From contig NC_086097.1 in NCBI RefSeq assembly GCF_963921235.1, positions 11,656,001 through 11,720,000 on the forward strand: a stretch of 64,000 bases of DNA. The letters run 5' to 3'. This stretch comes from Mobula hypostoma (Eukaryota). Of the stretch, positions 10,963-22,889 are shown one piece after another. Each line of letters opens with the position of its first letter. Positions within the stretch are counted from its first letter, which is position 1. A program made the translations under genes and the position numbers. The notes below the pieces were generated by a model. It was not told the origin of the DNA. It ran no database searches and saw nothing but the letters and a program-made list of their open reading frames with translations.

Positions 10963-13249
10963 CTTTGCGATAATAAATTTAGTTTTAACTTTGAACATAT
11001 TTGAATTCTATTTGAAATGGTGAGATTGTAGGAACCAACCCAACAGCAAACTGAGTGGTCAATTATGACTGAAATAGGAAATGTGTTTCAGCAGAATTGT
11101 ACCAACGTATATATTTGGGCTGATAAAGGGAAAGAGTCACTATTCCATGCATCTATAATCATGTAAAGGAATTAAAAAAATGTCTGAATAAGTGTTAGGA
11201 ACGGGTTTGCTTTAGGTTGCAAGTTGACCAGAATCAATCTGTTTTAAATGTTGCCAGTAGAAATAATTTTCAAAATGTACCACCATGTGAGTTATTAGGA
11301 ATCCACTGTGCAGGCAACAGCTACCATAGTGTGGTAAATAAAGAGAGCAAACAGCACCTTCTATTGGAGAGAGGCAGAATTGCAGCCTCCTGGCAGATGG
11401 ATCAGCAAAACCAAGGCTCTGTTGTCTCATTTGCTTTTGTGTCCATCCGCACCTCTGAGATGTCAGTTAGATCCCACTACTCTTGAAACTCTGTCAAGTG
11501 CTCCAACACTGGGCTTATTCACCTGTGAAAACGTTATTTCACCAAGAGAGAAAATTAACAGCAGCTTTTTTTTTCCCTTCACTGATCATTGCTTGTGTCC
11601 TTTTTGAACTTAATTTTTGCCAGAAGTCATTGTAATTTGGTGACTATTTGTCACTGTCACTCTCGACGTGTTCTACTGCTCTGCAAGGTTCCGCCTTCTT
11701 GACAAGAGCAGACGTTCAGAAGAGGGAAGTCTGAGTAATGAGAAATGAATAAAAGACCATGACTGTCTTTTTTTACCCCAATTTATGTTTTTTTTGTTCT
11801 TGAACAATGATGATCAATTAATCTCTAATTTAAAAAAAATGTATTATCTCATAGGATAATTTGAAAAGTCATGTTCTACAATTTTAAATTCCCCACTTTA
11901 GTTCTAAAATGAGATTCTAATACATGCTATAGATTATTAAAATGGAAAAGAGCTAATATCTAACATCATGGGTAACAGATACTATATATCAAATCAAAAT
12001 ATAGATAGACTTTCAAAAAGATTTGTTTCCATTGATCTTTCGGTTGTTATTTATATTGGTTTAGTTTTGGATAATTTGTTGTTTTTTTGTATATTAGTAA
12101 TGAGATAAAAAGTATGGAAATGCTTCTTAATAAATTGTACTCTTCCCTTCTTAATTTCTAAAGTCAATAATTGGATAATTATAAGGTGCATCTGGAACGA
12201 AGCACAGGGAAATGCAAATTGTCATGTGGTAAATTCCAGCAGGTTTTACTACGAGAAACTCCCTACTTTGAATTCTTTACTGCTGAAATATTACACTTTA
12301 TTAAAATATGATTTCTGTTGCCCTGGTTGTCAGGATATCAGCAATTTACACATCCAAGAAGACATGGCATGGAGCCACTTTCACAGGAATCCAAAGCATA
12401 GGCGGAAGCAAGGAATTGGCGGAATTTCCACAGCAGCAAGTTACGGATTGTTTTGATCCTGTTTGTTACCTATTCGAACATTCAGTGTTGCAATGGTGAA
12501 AGCGATGACGACCTTTGTTGCTTGTGTCCTCTTTGTAGGGTTAAACTAGATGAAATTGGGCAGGAATTTGTGTCCCCGTACACAGAGATTCCTTATCAAG
12601 TTGAATGTGTCAATCTGATTAGGTTTCTTTCCCCCATTGATAATGCCCTTACTTCCCCCCAACCAACAAATGCAATGTTCCATGACTATAAGCTGCTCCA
12701 TCCTGTGGGTTAACTGAGAACTGACATGGCCAATGAAACAATTTGCTACTAATATTTCGTCATTATATCCCAATTAACCTTGAAAATCCCCGTTTTGCAA
12801 TGAATTCCTGCCCAGGGGCTGCCCCACAGGCAGAAAACAAAGGAAATACAGCTCAAACTAGTAAGGCATATTCTTTACCATTGAGATTCTTTTGGTTGAT
12901 CCTGCTGTTAATTCCCAAATATTTGACCATATTTTCTTTGGGAGTGGTTATAAAGAGCACACCGAAGAGGGACTCCAGAGATGAATACTGTATATGAAGC
13001 TCCTTTATGTTAAATGGCTGCCTTTAAATGGGTTTCTTTTATTATACTTCATTGAGATAGCTAGTTGCAGGAGGAGATGGGAGCAGGTTACCACAGGTGT
13101 AGCCTACTTTCTCCTTCCTCTCCCAGGGATGAGATCCTTAGAGCTTCTGTTGGCTTTTCTGTAGCTTTGGGTTTTTATGTGTTGGGGTTGCTAGCCCCAT
13201 TCCCATTCCTCCTCTTTTCACAGCCTGGATTTGGACTGTCAATGGCGGG

Positions 13250-13380
13250 GTTAACTAATCTACCCACCTGCTTATTTTTGGGATGTTGGAGGAAATTAGA
13301 GAACTTGTGGGAAACTCCACACAGACATCACCAGAGGTCAGGATTCAACCCAAGCTGCTGGAGATGGAGGCAGCTGCTCT
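13250..13380 (-). mobile_element. V-domain SINE fragment
   Basis: Reverse complement of the V-SINE core (gggatgttggaggaaattagagaac...gaaac). Confidence 0.5.
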
Positions 13381-13399
13381 AGTTAAAGGGCCATTAAAG

Positions 13400-13850
13400 T
13401 ATATGGAGCATTTGATGGCTCTAGGCCTGTACTCCCTGGAATTTAGAGGAATAAGGGGAGAACTCGCTGAAACCTTTTCAAAATTGAAAGGCCTAGATTG
13501 AGTGGACATGGAGAGGATGTTTCCTCCAGTGAGTGAATCTAAGACCAGAGGGCACAGGCTCAGAGCAGAGGGATGTCTATTTATAACAGAGATGAGAAGG
13601 ATTTTCTTTAGCCAGTAGATAGTGAATCTGTGGAAATTATTGCCACAGACACCTGTGGAGGCCAAGTCATTGAATATATTTAAAGCAGAGGTTCGTAGGT
13701 ACTTGGTTAGGGCATCAGGGGTTATGGGAACAAGGCAGGAGGCTTGGTTTGAGAAGGATAATGCAGTATATCAGCCATAACAGAATAGTGGAGCAGACTC
13801 CATGGGCCAAGTGGAATTCTGCTCCTATGCTCTATCATCTATGGTCTACA
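13400..13850 (+). mobile_element. CR1 LINE 3' end, decayed
   Basis: LGLYSLEFRGIRGEL...; CR1 tail remnant. Confidence 0.8.
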
Positions 13851-14269
13851 TAATAAAGTCACAAAAGTAGTGTGCATACAGACCTATCAAGAACTTTTCC
13901 AGTGATACATTGGCATACAGATCAAGAACAGGTAGGGATCTAGTGAGATCAGGTTAGAAGTTATTGTAACAGTCATGGATGTTGTTAACCACCATAGAGA
14001 ATGTACACAGAAGCATTGGAAAGAGTGCAGAATTGATTACTAGGGGGATTCTAGAACTGCAAAGATACTTTGCTATATGGCCAGATTAAGAATCATTTCT
14101 CTTGGTAAGTTTGAGAGTTGATTACAGGTTTATAAAATAATGAAACCTATAAACCTTATTTTTCATTAAACCTATAAACCTTAGTTTTCATTAAAACAAA
14201 GTGCAAAAAGTAACAGCCAACCAAAAAAAAAGAGTCCATGAGAAATCAAGTAAGAAATTCAATTAAAAA

Positions 14270-14715
14270 AAATCAGAATCAGGTTTAATATCACTGGCAT
14301 ATGTTGTGAAATTTGTGGCTTTGCATCACCAGAACATTGCAACACATAATAATAAAAAAACTTAGAAATTACAATAAGAAATATATGTAGATATACATTA
14401 AATATTTCATATAGAATAAAGTTACATTAAATAAGTAGTGCAAATGGAGCATAAGAAAATACTGAGGTAGTGTACATGGGTTCATTGCCCATTCAGAAAT
14501 CTGATGGTGGAGGGGAAGAAGCTGTTCCTAAACGATTGCTTGTGTATCTTCAGCCTCCTGTACCTCCTCCTTGAAGGTAGCAATGAGAAGAGGCCATGTT
14601 CCTGGCTGATGGGGGCATTAATGCTGGATGCCACCTCTTTGAGACGTTACTTTTTGAGGTGAAGACAAGAAATGATAGAGCTGACTGACTTTACAACTTT
14701 CTGCAGCTTTTTATG
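14270..14715 (-). mobile_element. Rex1/Babar LINE 3' end
   Basis: TCAGAATCAGGTTTA tail; homologous to 9450-9900. Confidence 0.7.
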
Positions 14716-15580
14716 AAAGGAGAGATGAGAATATGTTTAGGCCTGAAACCTATGTCTGACTTAAATGTTCTGTATTCTAGAAATTTGATCGATTAGCACC
14801 TATGGATAAGAACATTTTACCCTGTGGTAGATCATTTCTCGGTAAAATGGCATCTTCAGTAATGTGCAGGTGCAGCATGTAGTGTTTCCACCCCTCAGCT
14901 TCAGAGACCGCTGTCTGATCCCGACCTTATTGGTTCATTGGCGAGACTGACAGTGAGGGGGGTTGCTTGTTGCAAGGATCAAACCCTCATGCCAAGGCAT
15001 CGCTGTTCCTCCACTCAAGGAAGGAGGTGCCGGAGGTGGTGTGGGGAAGAGCAGAGGCATAGCGGGTGCATTTGAATACGTGCTGGGATGGGGTCTGCCC
15101 CTTCCATCAGTGTTGCCCTCTAGTATTCATTCAGCTGAAGACAAGCCAGATTGCGTTAATTTGCGGATGCACTAGCACATGATGAGGAACAGCTGCGTGC
15201 TTGTTCATTATGAAACATGGATGCAGGTAAACATCCCACGCACCATCAATCTTTAGGCCATGCCTCTCAGGGATTTGGGCTACATTATTTTTCTGTGATT
15301 GTATGTTTTTCTGTTCTTGCAACTACTATATATGCACAATACTGTACATGCTAAGGGTGGTGTGCTGTATACAGGTGGCCTCCGTTTTCCGAACGTTCGC
15401 TTTACGACATCTCGCTGTTATGAAAGGCCTACATTAGTTACCTGCTTTCGCTAACAGAAGGTGTTTTCACTGTTACAAAAAAAAGGCAGCGTGTGCGCGA
15501 ACAGCCCCAGAACTGCATTCTAGTCGGCATTGCTTAAACACATGCTTTATCTCGATTTATTTTGTGCATCCATTAGCAAA

Positions 15581-16141
15581 ATGAGTTCTAAGGTATTGGA
15601 ACAGCCTAAAAGAGCTCGTAAGGGTGTTACACTTTGTGTAAAACTAGACATAATTAAGCATTTCGATTGTGGTGAACGAAGTAAGGACACGGTCCGCGCG
15701 TTGAACTTGCCTGTATCCACCATTCGCACTATTTATACGCAGAGAGAAAGAATTTTGAAAGCTGCTGATGTTAGTGTTGGTTCTGCTCGTTGCAAAGTGG
15801 TCTCTCTTAGTCAGCATCCAATAATGGATAAAATGGAAAGGCTATTGCTTGAGTGGATTGATGGGTGTACAAACTCTGGTGTTCCATTAAGTTTTCTTAT
15901 ACTTAAGGAGAAATCAGTTAGTCTTTTTAATAAGCTGAAACAGAAAGCACTGGACGATGATGATGAAAGTGTTGCAAAAGTGGAATTTAAAGGTAGTCAT
16001 GGGTGGTTTGATCGGTTTCTGAGGCGAGGGCAGCTTTATAGTTTAAGCAGTGGTCCCCAACCTCCAGGCCGTGGACCGATACTTTGCCGCAAAGAATGCA
16101 GGGGTGCAGCGGTAGTTGGAATGCACCCAGCACATCTTTAA
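15581..16141 (+). CDS. Truncated Tigger transposase: CENP-B-like DNA-binding domains (psq-type HTH + Tc5 HTH), no intact catalytic domain
   Basis: RKGVTLCVKLDIIK..., MERLLLEWID, KEKS, FKGSHGWFDRF motifs; C-terminal ~30 aa come from an inserted fragment. Confidence 0.6.
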   Translation: MSSKVLEQPKRARKGVTLCVKLDIIKHFDCGERSKDTVRALNLPVSTIRTIYTQRERILKAADVSVGSARCKVVSLSQHPIMDKMERLLLEWIDGCTNSGVPLSFLILKEKSVSLFNKLKQKALDDDDESVAKVEFKGSHGWFDRFLRRGQLYSLSSGPQPPGRGPILCRKECRGAAVVGMHPAHL

Positions 16142-16225
16142 GAAAAGCCGAAATAAACAAGTTAATTAGGTGCCACCCGGCACGTAAATGTCGGCCCAGA
16201 TCAGAGGCGATTGCCGATTGCGTCA
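16048..16225 (+). mobile_element. hAT/Charlie-like terminal fragment inserted in the Tigger element
   Basis: Starts CAGTGGTCCCCAACC (hAT-type TIR) and separates the transposase HTH from FNCDET. Confidence 0.45.
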
Positions 16226-17449
16226 GGTGGTTATTCGTATAAGCAAGTGTTTAACTGTGACGAAACTGCAATTTATTGGAGTCTTTCCACTCCAGTGAGT
16301 GAAACTACACTGAAAATACATTATTTCTACTTTATATAGGCTGTGTATTTTTATGTGTTATTTGGTATGATTTGGCAGCTTCATAGCTTAAAGGTTACTA
16401 GAGAGAATGTTTCTGCCGAGAGTGCTTCCGCAAGATTTTTGCTGCGCTAGATGGTGCTGCTGAAAAGTATTTCTACTTTATACAGACTGTGTATTTATCA
16501 TATCATTCCTGCTTTTACTATATGTTACTGTTATTATGGGTTTTATGAGTTACTTGGCATGATTTTGTAGGTTATTTTTTGGGTCTGGGAACACTCAAAA
16601 AAATTTCCCATATTAATAAATGGTAATTGCTTATTCACTTTACAACATTCCAGCTTACGAACCATTTCATAGGAACACTCTACCTTTGGATAGCAGGGGA
16701 AACCTGTATAACTGCTTTTTTTGCACCTTAGCCCTGGAGAAACAGTGTTTCGTTTAGCTATATACATGTGTATGGTTGAATCACAATTAAACAAACTTTC
16801 ATTTAGAGTTTGCACATTTTATCTGTGACTCTGTAGGTTCTCTCCAAGTGACCTAGTTTCCTCCCACAGCCACTCAAATTTTAGACGATTACCTGGCTTC
16901 TGCTTCAGATGCTGATGGAAAATGAGTCAAAAGGGAGTAAATGGCAATGTGATTTAAGCTTCGAAGTTTGGGGAATATGGAGTTTGCGACTGCCTGACCT
17001 GCTGCGTTCTTCCCCCATTTTGTGTGTCACTCTGGATTTCCAAAACCTGCAGAATTTCTTGTGCTTACAATTATTTTTCATGTTGAGACAAATCTGTTAT
17101 GGATCTCCTGTCACCGTGTGTTTACCTTGGCAACAGATGAAGTTGACAATATGCTTTTCTTCTGGTAAAATGGCCAGCAATCAAACTACCTAGAACACTG
17201 AGAGGATAGATCTTAGAATATAGCACAGCACAGTTGGGTTGAGATATTCCCCAATCTTGGCAACTCATTTGGAAACATTACATCACCATACAAGGGGGCA
17301 TCATCAGTGCTCTGCTAATTTGTGGTGTGTCCTCCGAATGCTTGGCCTTTATATACTTATCAACCAGCTGACTGGTCATCATTGCGGATACTCAATTGTG
17401 ATGTAGGCGTGAGATTTCATTGCCGATTGGTTACGTGGTGAACTCCATG

Positions 17450-17720
17450 CATAGGACAGTACAGGACAGGAACAGGCCCTTCAGCCCACAATGTTGTGCC
17501 AAACCAATTAAATTAGTCATCAAATAGCCAACTAAACTAATCCCTCCTGCCTGCACAGTATCCATATCCTTTCATTTCCTTCACATTCATGTGCCTATCT
17601 AGAAATCTCTTGAAGTCTCTAATGTATCAGCCTCTACCACCACCCCTGGCAGTGCATTCCAGGCACCCACCACTCTAAAATACTTGCCTCTCACACCTCC
17701 TTTGAAATTACCCCATCCCA
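17450..17720 (-). mobile_element. CR1 LINE 3' end
   Basis: aggaacaggcccttcagcccacaatgttgtgcc tail; same subfamily as 49255-49450. Confidence 0.7.
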
Positions 17721-18619
17721 GCAGGATATTTAATACTCATAAGCCACTGATAACAAGTCATTAGCCATGGATTGAACAAAAAGGAAAATATACCAGAAAC
17801 TGACTTGTCTGCTAAAAGTGTAAAGGGTCAGTTTGAAACGAAGCAAATGATGAGGTTTGGGATGAGATTGCTCTGAAGACAGGAGCAGGAATCACTTAGT
17901 GATGTGTCGTAGATCCTGCTGGAGTACTGAGAGATGCATTGTTTCTATTCCAACTGCCAGCTCTCTGAAAAGGCACACACAAAAAAAATCAGAAACAATT
18001 CTGTCAATTGTATTTTGTCTCTGGGTGGCTGACTAAGAACTTCAAAGCAAAAAAACAAGTTACATTTCTCAGCCTATGAAGGATTATTCTAAACTGAGTG
18101 AGAAAGCAGACAAAATGATCAGATGTTATATGTAATGAAATATCTCTGTACTTTATTAGCAAAATTTGTGGTAAATATACACTAGGTTGTATTGATTTTC
18201 TTGTTTATTAACCATAAGAAAGAATGCCATAGTGCTTTTGTGATTGGCTATCGAATCCAGTCATTACCCACGGATTGCTTCAGATGCAATAACTGCAACC
18301 AGACAAATGCAAGATTAGTTCATACTGTATATAAACACCCTCCGGCCAATTTCTCCCTGAGTACTAAGCCTTGCTCAAGTTTCCATTCCATGTCATGACC
18401 TCAGTCAGCTTAATGAGCATTTTGTACAGCCTTGATAGAATATTAACAATCAAGTCAATAACCTGAGTCCTCCAAATCAAATCCAGCTCTATCCTCAGCT
18501 TCACCTAGAAATTCATCTCCTGCCAGTTGCGGTGAAAGTGTAAATTACTAATAACAGTAAACTTGTTTTCTCTCTTCGCCAAATGAAAAACCTTGGACCT
18601 GAAACATTATCTATGTTTC

Positions 18620-18810
18620 ATGAACCATCTATCAGCTTCTAGCTTCTCTTCCTTCCCCTCCCCCCTACATTTTTATTCTGGCATCTTACCCTTCCTTTCC
18701 AGTCCTGAGGAAAGGTCATGGCCCGAAACATTGACTGTTCATTCACTTCCATAGATTGTGGCCTGACCTGCTGAGTTCCCCCTGCATTTTGCACTGTATG
18801 TGTTGACACG
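18620..18810 (+). mobile_element. PLE terminus with degenerate hammerhead
   Basis: cagtcctgaggaaaggtcatggcccgaaacattgactg. Confidence 0.65.
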
Positions 18811-19029
18811 AAATATAAACTGTTTCCTTGTGTAAAGATGTTTTGGACTTGCTGAGTTTTTCTGCTTTCAGAATAAAATAAAAAATAAAGATTAGCTTTA
18901 ATTGTCACATGTACATTGAGATATACAGCAAAATGTATTATTTGTGTCAAATCAAATCAGCAAAAATTGTGCTGGGGTATGATTCTGTTCCAAATCTCAC
19001 TAATCCTAACCACAACTACATGAAATGAA

Positions 19030-19770
19030 TGTCATAGGACAGCAGGGACCCCACCACCCAGGCCGTGCTCTCTTCTTGCTGCTGTCATCTGGTAGAAGGT
19101 ACAAGAACCTCATGACTAGCACCACCATGTTAAGAACAATTACTACCCCTCAACCATCAGGCTCTTGAATAAACGGAATAATTACACTTAGGAGAGGTGA
19201 TTGATAAGTTCGTGGCCTATGGTAGAAGGACTCAATTTTAGAAAACCGAGCACATTTATTTTTCAACATAGTCCCCTCCTACATGTGCACACTTAGTCCA
19301 GCAGTTGTGGAGCATGCGGATCCCTTCTTTGTAGATGTGGTCTGCAGCAGGGGTGATTGATAAGTTCATGGCCTTGGGTAGAAGGAGATGAGTTATACAG
19401 CTCTCGTTACATGCACATGCAGTTCAACTGAGTGAAAATGCAGAAAGTTTGAAGTTAATAACTCATCTCCTTCTACTGTAGGCCACGAACTTATCAATCA
19501 CCCCTCGTACTTGTGTCATTATCAAAATGTTCCTACAACCAGTTATCTCACTTTAAGTACTCTATCTCATGTTCTCATTATTTATTACTAATTATTTATA
19601 TTTGCATTTGCACAGTTTGTTGTCTCCTGCACTCTGGCTGTTCTTTCATTGATCCTGTTATAGTTACTATTCTATAGATTTGGCAAGTATGCCCACAAGA
19701 AAATGAATCTCAGGGGTTGTACATAGTGACATATGCACTTTGATAATAAAATTTACTTTGAACTTTGGAA
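19030..19770 (+). mobile_element. Rex1/Babar 3' end interrupted by a mariner MITE
   Basis: DPTHP/LPSGRRY-like remnant, CTTTGAA tail. Confidence 0.6.
19191..19507. mobile_element. Mariner-type MITE
   Basis: TA-flanked TIRs GGAGAGGTGATTGATAAGTTCGTGGCCTA / TAGGCCACGAACTTATCAATCACCCCTCG; extra internal TIR copy near 19350. Confidence 0.85.
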
Positions 19771-21429
19771 TGTGGGGTGAAACCAGAGAACCCAGAGGAA
19801 ACCCACGCAAACAATATTTTATATACAGCAGTGCAAAATGAACCCCGATCTTATAGCTAGCACTGTGAGAACATTATGCTAACCAGTGCACAACTATGCT
19901 GCCCAGAAAACTACACTGAAATTCATCTCATGCTGACTCACAGGGAAATACACTGGTAATATTATATAGCTTGTAACATAAGGGGAAGGTATGACCTGAA
20001 CAAGGATGGGTTACACCTGAACCCAATGAGAACCAACATCCTTGTGGGTAGGTTTCCTAGATCTGTTGGGGTGGGATTTAACTAAGTTGGCAGGGAGAGG
20101 GTACAAGAGTGTTATACTGAGGATGGGGCGGTTAGTATACAAGTCAATGCAGTGTGTAGTGGGACTCAGAGGAAGGACAGACAGATGATAGGGTAAAATT
20201 GTTGTCAGTGGGGTGAGGGGAAGTGTACCATGGGGGGGAAAAAATCAAAAAGGGTGATGAATACAGGGCTGAAGGTGTTATATTTGAATGCATGCAGTAT
20301 ACAGAATAGGGTAGATGATCTTGTAGCGCAAGTTAAAGATTAACAGGTATGTTGTTTTGGGCATCACTGAGGTGTAGCTGAAAGAATGTCAGGGGGAGCG
20401 TAACATCCAAGGATACACTTTCTATCAAAAGGATAGACTGGTAGGCAGAGAGGGTAGGGTGGCTTTTTGGTAAAAAATGAAATTAAATCCTTAAAAGGAG
20501 GTGACACGTGATCAGAAGATGTTGAATCTTGGTCAGTAGCTAAGAAACTGCAAGGGTACAAAGACCCTGATGGAAGTTACATGCAGGCCCCTGAACAGTA
20601 GGCAGGCTATGGGAAATTAATTTCAATGAAAATAGAAAAGGCATGTAATAATGGGAAATATTATGATAGTCATGGGTGATTTCAATATGCAGGTGGATTG
20701 GGAAAATTTGGTTGGTGCTGAATCCGGAGAGAGAGAAATTGTCGAATGCCTGCATGATGGCTTTTTAGAGCAGGTTGTATTTGAGCGTACTAAGGAAAAG
20801 GCAATTCTGGATTAGGTGTTGTGTAATGAAGCAGATTTAATTAAAGAGCTTAAGATAAAGGAACCCTTGCGAGGCATTTATCTTAATAAGATAGATTCAC
20901 TCTGCAGTTTGAGGGGAGAAAGATAAAGTTAGTCTTATCAGTATTATAGTGGAGTAAGGGGAATTACACAGGCATGAGAAAGTTGCTAGGAAGGGGAAAC
21001 TAGCAGGGATGACAGTAGAACAGCAATATCTGGAGTTTCTGTCAGCAAATCGGAAGAATGATAGAAACATTCCAAAGATGAAAATGTATTCTAAAGGGAG
21101 GATGAGGCAACTGTGGGTGACAAGGGAAGTCAAAGACAGCATAAAAACTAAAGAGAGGGCATAAATAGTGGGAAGTTAGAGGATTGGGAAGCTTTTAAAA
21201 ACCGGAAGGTAACTAAAAACCATAAGTAGAGAAAAGATGAAATATGAAGATAAACTAGCCAAAAAATATCAAAAAGGTTGCCTAAATTTTTTTCCCCCCC
21301 GGAGATACAAAGAGTAAAAGAGGTGAGAGTGGATATTGGACCATTGGAAAATGATGCTGGAGAGGTAGTAATGGGGCGGGGGGGGGGGGGAAGAGACAAA
21401 GAAATGGCTGATAAACTGAAGAGCATTTT

Positions 21430-21845
21430 TAGGAAGACAGAATATTTACACCACACGCTGTTGGCGCAGTGCTGCCAGGATAATCAAGAACACGACCCAC
21501 CCAGCCAACGCAATTTTCGTCCCTCTTCCCTCCGGGAGAAGACTCAGGAGCTTGAAGACTCGTACGGCCAGATATGGGAACAGCTTCTTTCCAACTGTGA
21601 TAAGACTGCTGAACAGATCCTGACCCGGATCTGGGCCGTACCCTCCAAATATCCAGACCTGCCTCTCGGTCTTTTTTTGCACTACCTTACTTTCCCTTTT
21701 TTATTTTCTATTTATGATTTATAATTTAAATTTTTAATATTTACTATTGATTTGTACTCCAGGGAGCGCCAAGCGCAGAATCAAATATCGCTGTGATGAT
21801 TGTACGCTCTAGTATCAATTATTTGGTGACAATAAAGTATAAAGT
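21430..21845 (+). mobile_element. Rex1/Babar 3' end nested in CR1
   Basis: IIKNTTHPANAIFVPLPSGRRLRSL-like remnant; AATAAAGTAT tail. Confidence 0.7.
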
Positions 21846-22889
21846 ATTTTTGTAAAAGTATTTTGTCTTCACTGTGGAAGACACTAGCAGTATGTCAGAA
21901 GTTCAAGAGTATCAAGCACAGAAGTGAATGTAGCTGCTATTACTAAAGAGAAGCTGCTCGGGAAGCTGGAAGATTTAAAGGTGGATACAGTAAGTCACCC
22001 GGACTAGATGGATAACATCCCAGGCTTCTAAAATAGGTAGCTGAAGAGATTATGGAGGCATCAGCAATAATCATTCAAGAATCACAAGATTCTGGATTAG
22101 TTATGGAGAACTGGAAAATGTCACCTCACTCTTTAGGAAGGAAAACGTCACCTCACTCTTTAAGAAGATGCAGAAGAAAGGAAATAGGCCATTTAGCCTG
22201 ACATCAGTGGTTCAGAAGATGTTGGAGTCCGTTATTAGAAGAGATTTCAGGGTACTTGGAGGTGCATGATAAAGTAGGCCAAAATCAGCACGCTTTCCTT
22301 AAGGAGAATTCTTGCCGGACAAATCTGCTGGAATTCTTTGAGGAAATAACAAACAGGATAGACAAAGTAAAGTCAGTGGATGCTGTTTACTTGGATTTTC
22401 AGAAGGCTTTTGACAGGGTATGCACATGAGGCTGTTTAACAAGAAAAGAGTCCATGGTATTACAGAAAAGATACTAGCTTGAATGGAAGATTGGCTGACT
22501 GGCAGGAGGCAAAGTGTTGGAATGGAGTGTTCCTATTCTAGTTTGCTGGCAGTGACAATTGATGTCCAACAGGGATTGGTGTTGGGACTGCTTCTTTTCA
22601 CATTATAGAACAACGATTTGGATGGTGGAATTGATGGATTTGTGGTTAAGTTTTCAGATGATACAAAGATAGACTGAGGGGCAGGCTGTGCTGAGGAAGC
22701 AGGGAGACTGCAGAAGGAATTAGATAAATTGGGAGAATGGGCAAAGAAGTGGAAGATGGAATCTAGTGTAGGGAAGTGTATGGTCATGCATTTTGGTACA
22801 AGGGATGAGGCCATGAATTATTTTATAAATGAGAAAATTCAAAAATCAGAGGTGCAAAGGGACTTAGGAGTCCTTGTGCAGGATTCCAC

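Larger units (their letters stand above)
15372..16706 (+). mobile_element. Tigger/pogo-like DNA transposon, internally deleted
   Basis: TA-flanked imperfect TIRs (CAGGT...ACCTG); CENP-B-type HTH ORF; FNCDETAIYW remnant at 16226-16280. Confidence 0.85.
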
